The notes beneath the pieces are model-generated. The model saw only the letters and a program-made list of their open reading frames with translations. It ran no database searches and had not been told where the DNA came from. The position numbers and the translations under genes are program-made. A stretch of DNA of 64,000 nucleotides from Heptranchias perlo. Its lineage: Eukaryota. Location: NCBI RefSeq assembly GCF_035084215.1, contig NC_090354.1:24614001-24678000 (forward strand). The letters are read 5' to 3'. Positions 20,300 to 33,920 of this stretch are shown one piece after another. Every line of letters starts with the position of its first letter. Position 1 is the first letter of the stretch.

Positions 20300-21035
20300 G
20301 AGGCAGCAAGTGGGAGTGGCATTTAGCCCCTCAAGCCTGTTCCACCATTCAATGAGATCATGGTGGACCTGTGACCTAACTCCATGTACCTGCCTTAGCC
20401 TCATATACCTTCATACCCTTGGTTCACAAAAATCTATCAATATCAGCTTTAACATTCACAAGTGAGCTGGCATCAACTGCCGTTTGCAGAAGAGCGATCC
20501 AAACATCTCCCACCCTTTGCGTGTAGAAGCATTTCCTAACTTCACTCCTGCACACTCAGGCTCTAAATGTTAGGCTATGTCCCCGGATCCTAGTATTCAA
20601 GGCTAGGAGACCTCCAAAAACAGTTACAAATGTCTCGGCAGCAAGAAGCAATAATCCAGCCACTAACCTGTAAATCCTGCATAGTCCCTTTAAATAGCAA
20701 TCGAGGGGGGTCCTCCAGGCTTCAGCACGTCTGCCATTGGAAACAGTTTCTCCACATTTATTCCATAAGAACCGTTCATGATTCTGAACATCTATATTAT
20801 TCTTCTCTTAACCTTCTCTGCTCTAAGGACAACAACCCCAGCTTCTCTAGTCTCTCCATGTAACTGATGTCCCTCATCCCTGATACCATTCTAGTCAATC
20901 ACCACTGCACCCTCTCTAAGACCTTGACGTTCTTCTTAAGTATGGTGCCCAGAATTGGACATAATTCTCCAACTGAGGCCTAACCAGTGATTTATAAAGG
21001 TTCAGCATAACTTTCTTACTTTCATATCCATTCTA
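20300..21035 (-). mobile_element. Decayed CR1 3' fragments (in units 1-3)
   Basis: Reverse-strand CR1 3' motifs (CCCCTCAAGCCTGTTCCACCATTCAATGAGATCATGG; GGAAACAGTTTCTCC; CCCAGAATTGGACA). Confidence 0.7.
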
Positions 21036-21879
21036 AAATTGAAGGCATTAAGTAGAAAAGGAAATTCCGAGATACCTAGTGGGGAGGGGATTTGGAGGAT
21101 CAGTCAGGGACGATAGAAGGGAAAATGAGACAATGAGTGGAAGGGACATCAGGCAATGAGTGGGGAGGGGAATCAGTGGAAAGTGGGAATGAAAATCACT
21201 TGTGTGACATTTTATCCTACACATTTTGAAAATCTATAACTATAACTCTGACTACATTTCTTTATTTATATCTGTGACTTCCTTGAAAAAGTTAAATAAT
21301 TATCCAAACACAACCTGTCCATTACAGATTCATGATGACTGCCCCGAATGACCCCATGTCTTTTCAAGTATTCATAAATTTCTTCCCAGATTGTGGACTC
21401 CATAAATTGGCCTATAGCTGAGTTAAGAAGAAAGGGACTTACTATTTCATGCCACCCTCCAATCCTTTCATCTTTCAGCCACATTAACGTTTCATCCTCC
21501 GTGTGTGTTGCCCACCAGTGCTTTTCAGACTCCCTTTTACACTTCCTGATCCCCTTTTCGCCTCCCTTCTGAACTTTAAATAATTATTAAAACATTAGCC
21601 TATTTTATAGGCAATTACTACATTTCAGTTTTACTCTTAGCTCTCCCGATAACCATTGATCCCCAGCCTTAGAAGGTCAATCAAAAACTAAACGATTTGA
21701 TGAAAAGGTTTTCACCAAAACAGTATCTCTTTAAGTTGCTGTCATGTGATTGTTTAATTCAAGCCCAAATCACTCACTGCCGCTGTCCACAGGTGGTGCT
21801 GGTGAGATTCGGTCCCAGATTCACTCATGGAGAAGTTTTTGTTTGTAGTTACAGCTGAGAGTGATTTTGTGATATTCCC

Positions 21880-22936
21880 GAGTAACCGGGGTATCCCGGA
21901 TATCCCAAACCTTTTCCCAGCTCCTCCTCACTCCCTCTCAGGGTGATCCGTTCTGTTTACAAACACTCCTCAATTTCGGAAATGACGAGACTCGTCACTT
22001 TCCCTGAGGCACTTTCGCTTTCGGTGAAATTGACACAAGGCTCATTTTCACACACAAACTGACACGGACACTTTCCCGGGAGAGAGAAAAGAAAGAAACG
22101 ATGAAAGAAAAGGAGTCGGTTCTTCCTTCGGATTCAGAGTCCGAGCAGATTAAATATTCTTGGAGAACAAAATCTCAAGAAACCTCCAAAAAAACAACCG
22201 AGAAATGAGGAACTTTTTCTACTGAAAGAGCAGAATCTCCGACAGGGGAATCGGACAGACAGCATCAAACCGTGACCCTGCACTGTGAGCCGGGCTCTCT
22301 GCAATGTCCAGCCCGCGAAGTGTGAACGGTAAAAGCACGATGTGAGCACACCGGGGAGAGAGTGGATTTAAAAGGGAATCGCTCTCCATGGAGCCGAATG
22401 TCAGCACTAAAAGCCGCGGCACCGGGATCACCGCTGTCGGTGTCACTATAACCCGGATTATAAAATACAGCCCCCAATACATGTCCGCACTCCCCCAATA
22501 CAGACTCTGCCCCCGACACCACTTCAGTGCTCCCTTGATTCGAATCCAGACAACATTGAGCTGGGACCGAGCGCTGGTTGTGATCTTCGATGGGGGATTT
22601 TCCAGTCGCTGGTTCACGAATCTCCAGCTTTTGGATTCCTCACCTCAGAAAGGAACCGCACAAATTATTGCTCTCCTGCGGCCAGATTTCACTTTTCGAA
22701 TGTAATCCAAACATTCCCAGTCTCTCCTCTTAAAGCCGACAGCATGGCAGTGAGAGCTCCCAGCAGTATCCAGCCGCACACCCACAGGACTCGGCAGTTC
22801 AGGCAACCGCTCCGGGATCACAAGCGGCGACATTTCGACTTCCAGAGTTTCATTCAGAACCGTTTTCGGAGCTGAACCGCGATCCGCTCAGTTTCTCATC
22901 CTTCAAATCGGCGTTTTACCCATGGGTCGGTTGAAC
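21880..22936 (+). promoter_or_regulatory. IFN promoter, copy 2
   Basis: Same motifs at offset +14500. Confidence 0.75.
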
Positions 22937-25900
22937 ATGGATTTGGCGAGTGTTTGGAGATTTTGGATTGTGTGGGTCTTGTTTTCCGGGACCCTGAGTC
23001 TGGGCTGTGAGAGGCTGCAGTTACAGCAAGTTCTCAACAGAGAGACTCTGGGGAAACTGAATGAAATGGTGAGTTTAAACAGCATCAAAAGTCGGAACCG
23101 AACTATACAGGGTCTGTTTGTTATGAAAAGTTATATCAGGAGAAATAGTTTGGGGTTTTGTAACTTTGTCCAATTAATATCAACTGAGTCTTCTGTATGA
23201 ATTTGACGTCTTTATGGTTAGAGTGACTCTACTGTTACACTCGGTACACTCATTGATAGTGTCCTACAGCAAGAGTTCCCTGAAACCTGGAGGGGTAATT
23301 AGACCCCTGGTTGGAACAGAGGAATTAGACCTTGAGGCGACAGGGAGAATCGGGTAAAGAAGAGATGGGAATCAGGGGCTGAGTGGAGAGGGAACGTGAT
23401 CCTGATGGAAGACGTGGAATCAGACCATGAGGGGAGAAGGGAACTGAAAAACTGATGAGGTGGGTAATCTTATATTGAGGGGAGTTTGAGTCAGATTCTA
23501 TAGGTAGAACAGATAAGATATGGAGTGGAGAAAGGAAGTGAATGACTGAAGGGGGGGGTAATCTTATATTGAGGGGAGGTTGAGTCAGATTCTATCGGTA
23601 GAACAGATAAGATATGGAGTGGAGAAAGGAAGTGAATGACTGAAGGGGGGGGGGGGTAATCTTATATTGAGGGGGGAGATTGAATCAGACCCCGGGGGAG
23701 TTGAATCAGATTCTAAGTGAAGGAGGGAATCAGATCTGAGGAGAACGAAAACCGAACAGTGAGGAGTGGGGTACCCTGATATTAAGGAGGGAATCAGATC
23801 TGAGGAGAGAATGGGAACTAGATACTGAGGAGACGGGAAGTCATGAATTGAGGAAAGAGAGGGAATCAGATATTGAGGGGTGGGAGAAATCGAGATTGAG
23901 GGGAATCAGATATTAAGGGAAGAGGGGAATGATGGTTTGAGTGGGAAACAGAAACGGAGGGATGGTGGAGATGAGACCAAATGGAGAGTGGGAGAATCAG
24001 ATACAGAGGAGAGGGGAAATCAGGCCCTGGGTGGGGGGGGGGGGGGACATCCTGATATAGAGAGGGGAGAATCAGAGACTGAGGGTAGAGGGAAACCAAT
24101 ATTGTCTGGAAAGGGAGAATCTGATGTTGAGGGAAGGGAGCAATCAGACCCCGAGGGTAGAAAGGAAATGAAACACTGAAACACTGAGAGGGGTAATTAT
24201 ATTGCGGGAGGGAGAATCAGACTCGGCGGGGGTGGGGGTGGGAGAACAGAAGAGACACTGAGGGGAGAGGGGGACACCCACAGGACTCGGCAGCTCCGGC
24301 GGTCGCTCAGTTTCTGATCCTTCAGATCGGCTCTTTACCCTGGGTCGTTTGAGCATGGTTTTGGCGAGTATTTGGAGATGTTGCATTGTGTGGGTCTTGT
24401 CCTGGACCTTGAGTCTGGTCTGCGAGAGGCTGCAGTTACCGCAAGTTCGAAACACACAGAATCTCAACAAACTGAATGAAATGATGTGTTTAAACAGCAT
24501 GCAGAGCCGGATTCGAAACACACAAGGCCGGTTTGTTGTAAAAACTCATATCAGGAGAAATAGTTTGGCGTTTTATAACTTTATTCAATTAAAAGTCACT
24601 GATTCTCCTGTATTTCTCTCTCTGGGCTGTCTGTGACGGTGATGATCTTCTGTTTCAGGGCGGTCCCTTTCCCCGTCAGTGTGTTAACGAGAGGCTCTCG
24701 CTGAAAACCAAGTCCTTGAACCTGGTGAAACTTTCAGGGGGTTTACAGGTGAGCGAACACTGGATATTATTTTATATTATTCAAGCAAGAGTTTGATGGA
24801 AACTATGAGTAAGATCAACAACCTCATCAGAACCTTAATCAGGAAATTCAAACCCCGTGTTGGCCGCCCATTGATGTGAAAATGGCAGAAATATTCACTC
24901 GCTCCAGCTCACTCTCTCTATCTCACTCCCTCGAATTATCTTACTCCGTCTAACCTCCTCAATCCATCCAACCATCTCACTCCTAATAATTCCATTTCCT
25001 TTAACTATCTGACTCCCTGTATTCATCTCACTCCGTCTTATCATCTCACTCCTAAACTGCGATGATTGGCTATGTGGTATGCATCATCACGGGCAGGTTA
25101 AATCATAGATTCATAGAATGATCCAGCACAGAAGGAGGCCATTTTGCCCATCGTGCCTGTGTCAGGTCTTTGAAAGAGCAATCCAATTAGTCCCATTCTC
25201 CTGCCCATTCCCCACAGCCCTGAAAAATATGCCCCTTCAATTGATACAGTTCCCTTTTGAAAGCTATCATTGAATCTGCTTCCACCACCCTTTCAGGCAG
25301 TGCATTCCAGATCATAACAACTCGCTGCATAAAAACATTTCTTATCATCTCGCATCTGGTTCATTTGCCAATTGCCTTTAATCTGTGCCCTTTAGTTACT
25401 GACCCATCTGCCACTGGAAACAGTTTCTCCTTATTTACTCTATCAAAACCCTTTCAACACCTCTATTAAAACTTATCTTAACCATCTCTGCTCAAGAGAA
25501 CAACTCCCGATCTTCTAGTCACTCTACATACCTGAAGTCCCTCATCCCTGGTACCATTCTAGTCAATCTCTGCTGCACCATCTCTAAGGTTTTGGCATCC
25601 TTCCTAAAGAGTGGTACCCAGAATTGGACACAATATTACAGCTGGGGCTGAAACATTGATTTATAAAGGTAAAACACATTGTCCTTGCTTTTGTACTCTA
25701 TGCATCTGTTTTTAAAGCTCAGGATCCTGTAAACTTTTTTAACAGTCTTCTCAACTTGTCCTGCCATCTCAAAGATTTGAGTACGTAAACCCCCAGGCCT
25801 CTCTGTTCCCGTCCCCCTTCAAAATTGTAACATTTAATTTATATTGCCTCTCCTCATTCATCCTACCAAACTGCATCACTTCACACTTCTCTGTGTTAAA

Positions 25901-28031
25901 TTTCATCTGCCATGTGTCTGCCCATTTCACCAGTTTGTCTATGTTGTCCTGAAGTCTGTTACTATCCTCCTCACTGTTTCCTACAGTCTTGAGTTTCATG
26001 TCATCTGTACACTTTGAAATTGTGCACTATATACGCAAGTCCAGGACATTAAAATATATCAATAAGAGCAGCGGTCCTAACACTGACTCCTGGGGAACAC
26101 CACTTTACACTTCCATCCAGTCTGAAAAACAACCGTTCACCACTGTTCTCTTCTTACTGTACCTTAGCCAATTTTACATTCATGCTGCAACTACCCCCTT
26201 AATCCCATGAGCTTCAGTTTTGTTAACAAGTCGACTATGTGATACTTTATCAAATGCCTTTTTAAAGTCCATATACACAACATCAACCACACGACCCTCA
26301 TCAACTCTCTCTTACTTCATCAAAGAACTCAATCAGGTTACTTAAACACAATTTGCCTTTAATAAATCCATGCTGCCTGTCATTTATTAACCGATTTTTT
26401 TCCAAGTGACAATTAATTTTGTCTAATTTTATTGTCTCTAAAAGTTGCCCCTACACCATTGATAGGCTGACTGGCCTGTTGTTGCCGGGTTTATCCCTCT
26501 CCCCCTTTTTTGTAACATTTGCAATCCTCCAGTCCTCTGGCATTGCTCCCATATCTAAGGAGGATTGGAAGATTGTGGCTGGAGCCTCCGTTATCTCCAA
26601 CCTTACTTCCCTCAGCAACCTAGAATGCGTCCCATCTGGACCGGGTGACTTCTCTATTTTAAAAGCTGCTTATCTTTTAAGTACCTCCTTTTAATCTATT
26701 TTTATCCTATCCAATTTCTCTACTCCTTCCTCCTTTACTTTGATATTGGCAGCATCCCCTTCTTTTTTGAAGAAAGATGCAAAGTACTCGTTCAGTCCAT
26801 CAGCCATTCCCTCTGCCACCACAAGATCTCCTTTTTTGGTCCCTGATCAGTTCCACCATTCTATTAACTACCCTTTTACTATTTATTTGCTTATGAAAGA
26901 CTTTTATGTTACCCGTTAATCTGTTCCAATATACTCTCTTTGCCCCCTTTTTTTCCTTTTTCAGTCCTCCCCTGTACTCTGTATTCAGCTTGGTTCTCCA
27001 CTTTATTATCATACTGGTAGTTATAATAAGCCTCCTTTTTTTGTTTAAGTTTTATCTCCATATCTTTAGCCATCCAGGGACCTCAAGCTTTGGATGCCCT
27101 TCCTTTCCCCCAAATGGGAATGTGTCGAGTCTGTATCCAAACTATCTCCTCTTTGAAGGCCCCTATTGATCATTTACTGTTTTACCTGCCAATCTTTAAA
27201 TCCAATCCACCTGGGCCAGATCCCCTTTCAACTCACTGAAATTAGTTCTCCTGCAGTTGAGTATTTTCATGTTTCATTGTTCCGTGTCCTTGTCCATAAC
27301 CGCTCTAAAGGGGTTAAATTAGCCCACAGCGGAATGTGGTAGGAACCAGTTATGTATTAACCCAGTAATATTGCCAACATCAATCCATGTGCCGTAGCTT
27401 AAATTTTTGAAAAAGAAAAAACATCTCTCGGCTGTGGTTTTAAATTCAGACACTTTACACATTTACACCATCATTAAAATGGGAAATAGCTGAGCTGCGG
27501 TGATGGGCTGTTAGGTTTGCCCAATATCGGGCCGGTGAAATAGGAACAGACCCCCTCTAATGTCCTTGTGTGTATTTTGCTCAGAACCAGGACAGGATCC
27601 AGATTGTCCATCAGACACTGCGTCACTTCATCAAGATCTACAGCATGAACCTGGACTCAGTCACATGGCCCCAGGACAAGGTGGAAAACTTCCGGCTTCT
27701 CCTGGATCGGCAGCTCGAAGAGCTGGAGGAATGTGTCAAGAAACCGGGCTCAGAGTCCAGGCCCAGGAGAAACGCCGCCATTCACAAATACTTCAGGAAA
27801 CTGAGAAAATTTCTCAAACAGAAGGTGGGACAATTGATATTTGACTGTTTGGTTACTGACAGATAGTTCATTTCACCCAATTTAAATCTGTTCATTCTCT
27901 AATGTATTTTCCTGAATATTTCTCTTTTTCAGAGATTCAGTGTCTGCGCCTGGGAAATAATCCGCGCTGAGACCAGGGCCCGTTTACAACAGATCCTTTT
28001 CATAACGGCACAAATCAGAAGAAGAAACTGA
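22937..28031 (+). CDS. IFN: Type I interferon copy 2, 186 aa: join(22937..23068,24659..24748,27585..27824,27933..28031)
   Basis: Same splice sites and frame as copy 1; differences ETLG, CVNER, NQDR. Confidence 0.95.
24355..24483 (+). pseudogene. Duplicated IFN exon 1b, unit 2
   Basis: As unit 1 (NLNKLNEM); donor replaced by ATGTGT. Confidence 0.85.
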
Positions 28032-30044
28032 AGACTTTCCAAAGACATGTTTAATAGAGACTGGCAACAATTAATATTTATTTAAAAGACCATCTATTTA
28101 TTTAAAAAAATTATATTTTAAAAGATGTTACCTTGTGTTGCTGTAAACAAGCGATTTGCAGCTAGGTGACTGATGAAGAAGAAGGAATGTCTTGATATTT
28201 TTCTATATTTGTTTATTTATTTTAATTTATTGATATTTATTGGTGTAATATTTATCTTGATGAAATGTTAAAGGTTTGACTACAATAAAATTATACACTT
28301 TTTACACAATGTGTAAAGACAAAAATGAGAAGAGTAAACATGAAGATTTTCCAATGACTTGTTTAATTCAGACTAAGAATGATGATACTTTATGTTAAAG
28401 GCACTGAATTTCTAAAATATATTTTATGTAATGAAAAGTATTATTAATTTTACAATGTTGTCAACTTAGCTCAGCGGTAACACTCTGAGTCAGAAGGTTG
28501 TTGGTTCCAGCCCCATTCCATAGGGAAACTGTTCCATTGCCATTCAGCTTTGTGAGGCTCCTTATTCCAGTTGCTGATCTTCCAGTGACAACTCTCTGCA
28601 CTGGATTGCCCTGCCAATACCCAGCTCGGTCACTGGATTACAGAGTGAAGTCAGGATTTCAAAGGTTGGGCTCCAGACTGATGCCCCCTGACCTTAACCC
28701 TGACCCGCTCTGACCTTTTAGTTTCTGCTCTCCCAGCGGCCAGCACTTCAACTCGTCTCAGGGTCATCTTAATTTATTGATATTTATCATCGTGATCTCT
28801 TCAACTAATGAAATGTTAAAGTTTTATACAATGCGTAATGTGAGTTCAAAAAGAAATATTAATTTATTGATATTTATTAAGAGTTGGGGAATAGACAATG
28901 TTTTTCTAAACTGAAAACTTTTTATACTGAATGAAAACGTGTGTGAAAATAAATTGTTTTAATGATAACACTTTTACTGGAGTGATATTCATTTCCCATT
29001 TGTATCTGTCAGTTTCTCATTATAAATGCTCTGGATTCTCCTCCCTGCTGCCTGTTACCGTGACTCCCTCTCCTCTGTATTATCTTCTCTCCACTGTCTG
29101 ATTGTTCCTCCCCGATCAAAGCATGTCAACCCCATTTGAACCCAATTTACCATAAGGACATAAGAAATTAGAACATAAGAAATAGAAGCTGGAGTAGACC
29201 ATACAGCCCCTCGAGCATGCTCCGCCATTCAGTATGGCTGATCTTTGACATCAACTCCATTTTCCCGCCCGATCCACATATCACTTTACTCCCTTGAGTC
29301 CAAAAATCTATCTATCTCAGCCGTGAATATACACATCCTCTGCCCTCTGGGTTCGAGAATTCCAAAGATTCACAACCTTCCAAGTGAAGAAATTCCTCCT
29401 CATCTCAGTCCCAAATGCCCGACCCCTTCACCTGCAACGATGCCCCGTCCTTCTAGACTCTCCAGCAAGGGGAAAGAACCTCTCAGCACCTACCCTGTCA
29501 AGCCCCCTCAGAATCTTATGTGCTTCAATGAGAGCACCTCTCATTCTTCTAAAATCCAGAGATTACAGCCAGCCAACCTGAAAATGACCCATTTATACCT
29601 ACTCTCTGTTTTCTGTCCGTTCATCAATCATCCATGCTTACTAATATATTACCCCCAACCCCATGAACCCTTATCTTGCGTAACAACCTTTTAGGTGGCA
29701 CCTTATCGAATGCCTTTTGAAAATACAAATATATTACATCCACTGGTTCCACTCTATCTCCTAGATACTACCACAGTTTTTCTTTTCAGCTATTCAACCC
29801 AATATTCCCTATTCTCCCTCTAAATGAGAGATGATCGAGCCTGAGGTGTTGAGCAGGAAAGGGGGAATTGATTCATAGAAGCATACAATCATAGAATCAT
29901 ACAGTACAATAGAGGCAATTCAGCCCACCATACCTGTGCCAGCCCTTTGGTAGAGATACCCAATTAGTCCCATGCTCCAGCCCTTTCCCCATAGCCCTGA
30001 AAATGTTATTACCTTAAATCTGGGACCTCTGATTACCGACTCTT

Positions 30045-33000
30045 AGAATCATATAGAATGGTTACAGCACAGAAGGATGCCATTCGGCCCATCGAACCAG
30101 TGCTGGCTCTTTGTAAGAGCAATCCAGTTGGTCACATTCCCCCACTCTTTCCCCTTAGCCCTGCAAATTTTTCCCTTCAAGTATTTATACAATTCCTTTT
30201 TGAAAGCTATGATTGAATCCACTTCCACCACCCTTTTCAGCAGCGCATTCCAGATCATAACAACTCGCTGCATAAAAATAGCTTTCCTCATGTCACCTTT
30301 GATTCTTTTGCCAATCACCTGAATCTGTATCCTTTGGTTCTCGACCCTTCTGCCAATCGGAACTGTTTCTTTTTATTTACATCATCTAAACCCTTCATGA
30401 TTTTGAATGTTTCAATCAAATATCTGCTCCAAGGGGAACAACTACAGCTTCTCCAGTCTATCCAGGTAACTGAAGTCACTCCTCTCTGGAACCATTCTGG
30501 TAAATCTTTCTGCACGCTCTCTAAGGCCTTCACATCCTTCCTAAAGTGCGGTGGCCAGAATTGGACACAATACTCCAGTTGTGGCTGAAACAGTGTTTCA
30601 TAAATGTTCAACATAACTTCCTTGCATTTGTACTCTATGACTCTATTTATAAAGTTCAGGATCCCACTTGCCTTTTAAACCACTTTCTCAAGCTGTCCTG
30701 CCACCTTCAAAGATTTCTGCACATATACCTCCAGGTCTCTATATTCTTGCTCCTCTTTTAGAATTGTACCGTTTAGTTTATTTTGCCTCTCCTCATCTTT
30801 CTTGCCAAAATGCATCACTTTGCACTTCTCTGCACTAAATTTCTTCTGCCATGTCTTCGCCCATTCCACCAGTCTGTCTCTGTCCTTTTGAATTCTATTA
30901 TTATCCTCCTCCCTATTTCCCACACTACCAAGTTTTGTGCCATCTGCAAATTTTGAAATTGGGCCCTGTACACCTAAGTCCAAGTCATTAATATATATCA
31001 AAAAAGCAGTGGACATAATACCGACCCCAGGGGAACACCACTGTATACCTTCCGCCAGTCCAAAAAACAACAGTTCACCACTACTCTCTGTGTCCTGTCA
31101 CTTGGCCAATTTCATATACATGCTGCTGCTGCTCCTTTTATTCCATGGGCTTCAGTTTTGCTGACAAGCCTATTATGTGGCACTTTATCAAGTGCCTTTT
31201 GAAAGTCCATATACACAACATCAATCGCATTGCCCTCGTCAACCCTCACCAGCCTTTCTAGTAGCTCCTCTTTATCAATTTTTAGCCCATCCAGTATCGC
31301 AACTACCTCCTCTCCTACTGTGACTTTGGCAGCATCTGCTTCCTTGGTAAAGACAAATGCAAGGATCTCATTTAGAACGTGGCCATGCCCTCTGCCTCCA
31401 TGTGTAGATCTCATTTTTGGTCCCTAATTGACTCCATCCCTCATCTTATTACCCGTTTACTATTTATATGCCTATAGAAGATTTTGAATTCCCTTTTATG
31501 TTAGCCGCTAGTCTGTTCTCATACTCTCTCTTTGCCCCTCTTATTTCCTTTTTCACTTCTCCTCTGTACTTTCTATATTCCACCTGGTTCTCTCTTGTAT
31601 TATCAACCTGACATCTGTCATACTGTCTATTTCTGTTTCATCTTACTCTACCTCTTCTGTCACGCAGGGAGCTCTGGCTTTGGTTTCCCTACCTTTCCCC
31701 CTCGTGGGAATGTACCAAGACTGTACCCGAACCATCTCCTCTTTAAAAGTCGCCCATTGTTCAATTACAGTTTTGCCTGCCAATCTTTGATTCCAATTTA
31801 TCCGTCCAGATCCGTTCTCAACCCACAGAAATTGGCCCTCCTCCAGTTAAGTATTTTTAATCCAGATTGCTCCTTCTCCTTTTCCAAAACTAATCTAAAC
31901 CTTATGATCATTGTTCCCTAGATGATCCCCCACTAAAATTTACTCTACTCGACCCACTTCATTCCCTAGAACTAGATCCAGCAATGCCTCCTTCCTCATT
32001 GGCCAGAAATATACTGATCAAGAAAGTTCTTCTAAACACACTTAAGAAATTCCATCCCCTCTTTGCCATTTAAACTATTACTATCCCACACTATATTAGG
32101 ATGTTTGAAGTCCCCCATTGTCACTACTCTATAGTTCTTCCACCTCTCTGTAATTTCCCTGCAAATTTCCTCCTCTATATCATTCACACTAGTTGGCGGC
32201 CTAAAGAATACACCCAGTAGTGTAATGGCACCTCTATTGTTTATATCTCTAACCAAATAGATTCTGTCCTTGACCCCCTCAAGGACATCCTTTTTCTCCA
32301 GCACTGCAATATTCTCCTTAATCATACTGCCACCAATCCCCCACCCCACCTCCTTTTCTTACTTCAGATCTTTCCTGAACACCGTGTATCCAGGAATATT
32401 TAATACCCAATCCTGCCCTTTTTTGAGCCAGGTCTCCATTATCGCCACTACATCATATTCCCATGTGACTATTTGCACCTGCAGCTCACCAACCTTATTT
32501 ACCAGGCTTCGTGCCTTCACACACACACACACACTCTCAACCTATCTTAGACCTTCTCATCTTATCTCTTATACCGATCCCACCTAACACTGTACTATTT
32601 CTTACTCTAGTTCTATCTGTCTCTCATAATCCTTTGTGCACTTTCTTTCTCCTTTCTAATGCTTCTTGCTGGTGACCATCACCTTGCAAAATTAGTTTAA
32701 ACCCTCCCCCACAGCACTGGTGACCCACCCCATGTGGACATTGGTCCCAGGTCTATTGAGGTGCAATCTGTTCATCTTGAACAGTTCCCTCCTGCCCCAG
32801 AACTGGTCCTGATGCCCCAAGAATCTGAAGCCCTCCCTCTTGCACCATATCTCTAGTCATGCATAAACTTGCCTTATCTTCCTCTTTCTGTATTCACTGA
32901 CGCATGGCACTAGGAGTAATCCAGAGATTACTACCTTTGAGGTCCTGCTTTTTAACTTCCTCCCTCGATCCTGAAACTCTGACCGCAGGACCTCATCCCC

Positions 33001-33920
33001 TTTCTTTCCTTTGTTGTTGGAACCCACACACGGACCATGACTTCTGGCTGTTTCTATTCCCCCGACAGAATCTTCTGCACCCACTCCATGATGTCCTTCC
33101 TGGCACCAGGGAGGCAACACAACATGTGGGACTCAAGTCGGCGATCACAGAAACGACCGTCTGTCCCATTGACTATCGAATCCCCGATGACTACTGCAGT
33201 TCTACACTTCACTCTGCCCCACTGTGCAATCCTTTGCCCCATGGTGCCACGCTCAGGACTGCACTCCTTTGAGGTGTAGTCACCCTCACTGGTATTCAAC
33301 GCTGAATTGAATACCAGTGAGAGTGCCACACACCCAGAAGATTCTTGCACTGCCTGCCTCTTCCTGTCAGTTCGGTCTGCCACCCACTTGCTATCCTGAA
33401 CTCTCTGTACCTGCAGAGTGACCACCTGCTGCAATCTACGATCCATGAAACCTTCAGCCTTCCTTATGCTCTGCAGTGACTCCAGCTGCCCCTCAATCTC
33501 AGAAACCCTCAGCTTAAGCTCGAGAAACTAGAGGCATTTCCTGCACGTGTGGCCCTCAAGGATACATGAAGCATCCTGAAACTCCAACACGGCACAGGGA
33601 TTGCAGGCAATGAGTCTCAACTGTCAGTCCATTATATTTAGAAAGCTTCATTTTGCAAACTCCCTTTGGATACTTGCTTATTGTTAATTTACTTATTGTT
33701 ACTTATCCCAATTAACCTACCCTTAATCCGTGGTCACTCAGAGCTCCTCCTCTCTGTTCACTGTGACGTCACTGTGATGTCACTCCCTCTGTTCTTCATG
33801 AATGGGAAAGGGTTCCTCCCCTGGTGCTCAGCACCGCTTCTCACAACTCTGCTCCGCTCCTGCTTTTGTACTGATACCTGGGGCCTCCCATGGTGCTCAG
33901 CACGTCTTCTTCTGACTGAG
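30045..33920 (-). mobile_element. Near full-length decayed CR1, unit 2
   Basis: Duplicate of 15445-19320. Confidence 0.88.

Larger units (their letters stand above)
7243..21743 (+). repeat. Tandem segmental duplication unit 1 (~14.5 kb)
   Basis: Anchor ATGTGATTGTTTAATTCAAGCCC at 7243, 21744, 36345 and 51405; the ORF track repeats with offsets of ~14.5-15.1 kb. Confidence 0.95.
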
